Positions 63,110 to 64,000 of a stretch of DNA of 64,000 nt are shown one piece after another; the stretch's first letter is position 1, and every line of letters starts with the position of its first letter. Origin of the DNA: Mobula hypostoma (taxonomy: Eukaryota); assembly GCF_963921235.1 (NCBI RefSeq), contig NC_086097.1:254760001-254824000 (forward strand), given 5' to 3'. The notes below the pieces were generated by a model. It searched no databases and was not told the DNA's origin. It saw only the letters and a program-made list of their open reading frames with translations. The position numbers and the translations under genes were made by a program.

Positions 63110-64000
63110 TGTGGTCCAAAGACCTGGGTCGGACGAGTCATGAGATTCTGCATAAGGAGTTCAAAGAATTAGGTGCGAAATTAAAGGGTAGAACCTCCAG
63201 AATGGTGATCTCAGGCCTGCAAGGCAGTGGATGTTGTCTACATAGACTCCAGATTAGATTATGAGGATACTCAGTCATTTATTGTCATTTAGAAATGCAT
63301 GCAGTATGATATCACAGAAATACAGGACAGACCAAGACCAAAACTGACAAAAAAACACACAATTATAACATAGTTACAACAGTGCAAAGCAATACCGTAA
63401 TTTGATAAAGAGCAGACCATGGGCACAGTAAAAAGAGGAATTTTCTTTAGTAATTCCTAGTAAGAAATTTGACCTTTCAGCACCCAGGGCATGCCCTTTT
63501 CTCACTGTTACCATCAGGTAGGAGATAGAAGCCTGAAGGCACACACTCAGCGATTCGGGAACAGCTTCTTCCCCTCTGCCATCCGATTCCTAAATGGACA
63601 TTGAACCTTTGGACGCTACCTCACTTTTTAAATATATACAGTATTTCTGTTTTTGCATGGTTTTTTATAGTCCATTCAATATACATATACCATTACTTAT
63701 TTGTTATAATTATTCTATTTATTATTATTATTTTCTCTCTGCTAGATTATATATTGCATTGAACTGCTGCTGCGAAATTAAATTTCACATCACACGCCAG
63801 TGATAATAAACTGGTTCTGATTCTGAGATCCTGCATGGGAGGCTGGTCAACAACGTTCAGTCACTAGGTATTCAGCATGAGGTAGTAAATTGTTTTAGAC
63901 ATTAGCTTCATGGGAGAAGCCAGATTGTGGGAGTAGAGGGTTGCCTCTCTGACTACAGGGTTGTGATTAGCGGTGTGCCGCAGGCATCGGTGCTGTGTCC

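Larger units (their letters stand above)
48813..64000. repeat. Right arm of the inverted segmental duplication (runs off the window end)
   Basis: The last 40 bp of the window are the reverse complement of 32705..32744. The same ordered blocks as the left arm occur in reverse. Confidence 0.92.

Overview
Eukaryotic, repeat-saturated window. The repeat families suggest a cartilaginous fish, probably a ray or skate (inference). I could not support any intact host protein-coding gene. Nearly every ORF in the track is a fragment or antisense shadow of CR1 LINEs (esterase ORF1, APE-RT ORF2), Rex1/Babar LINEs, L1, a Tc1 transposon, solo LTRs, SINEs or Penelope-like elements (PLEs). Three things stand out. 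(1) The right half is one large old inverted duplication: left arm <=32705..45334, right arm 48813..>=64000, spacer about 3.5 kb. It is hidden by about 10 arm-specific insertions. (2) Each arm and the spacer carry a divergently transcribed tRNA-Arg(ACG) / intron-containing tRNA-Tyr(GTA) pair, giving six tRNA genes that are identical between copies. (3) All three tRNA-Tyr genes have PLE sequence inserted at the same spot, 45-59 bp upstream. The inserts differ in length and orientation, so at least two events were independent. This suggests a tRNA-upstream insertion hotspot or targeting by a PLE that carries a minimal hammerhead ribozyme. A small CpG-rich, repeat-poor region at about 12.5-17 kb may hold a promoter and first exon. 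All alignments were done by eye, so boundaries of old repeats are approximate.
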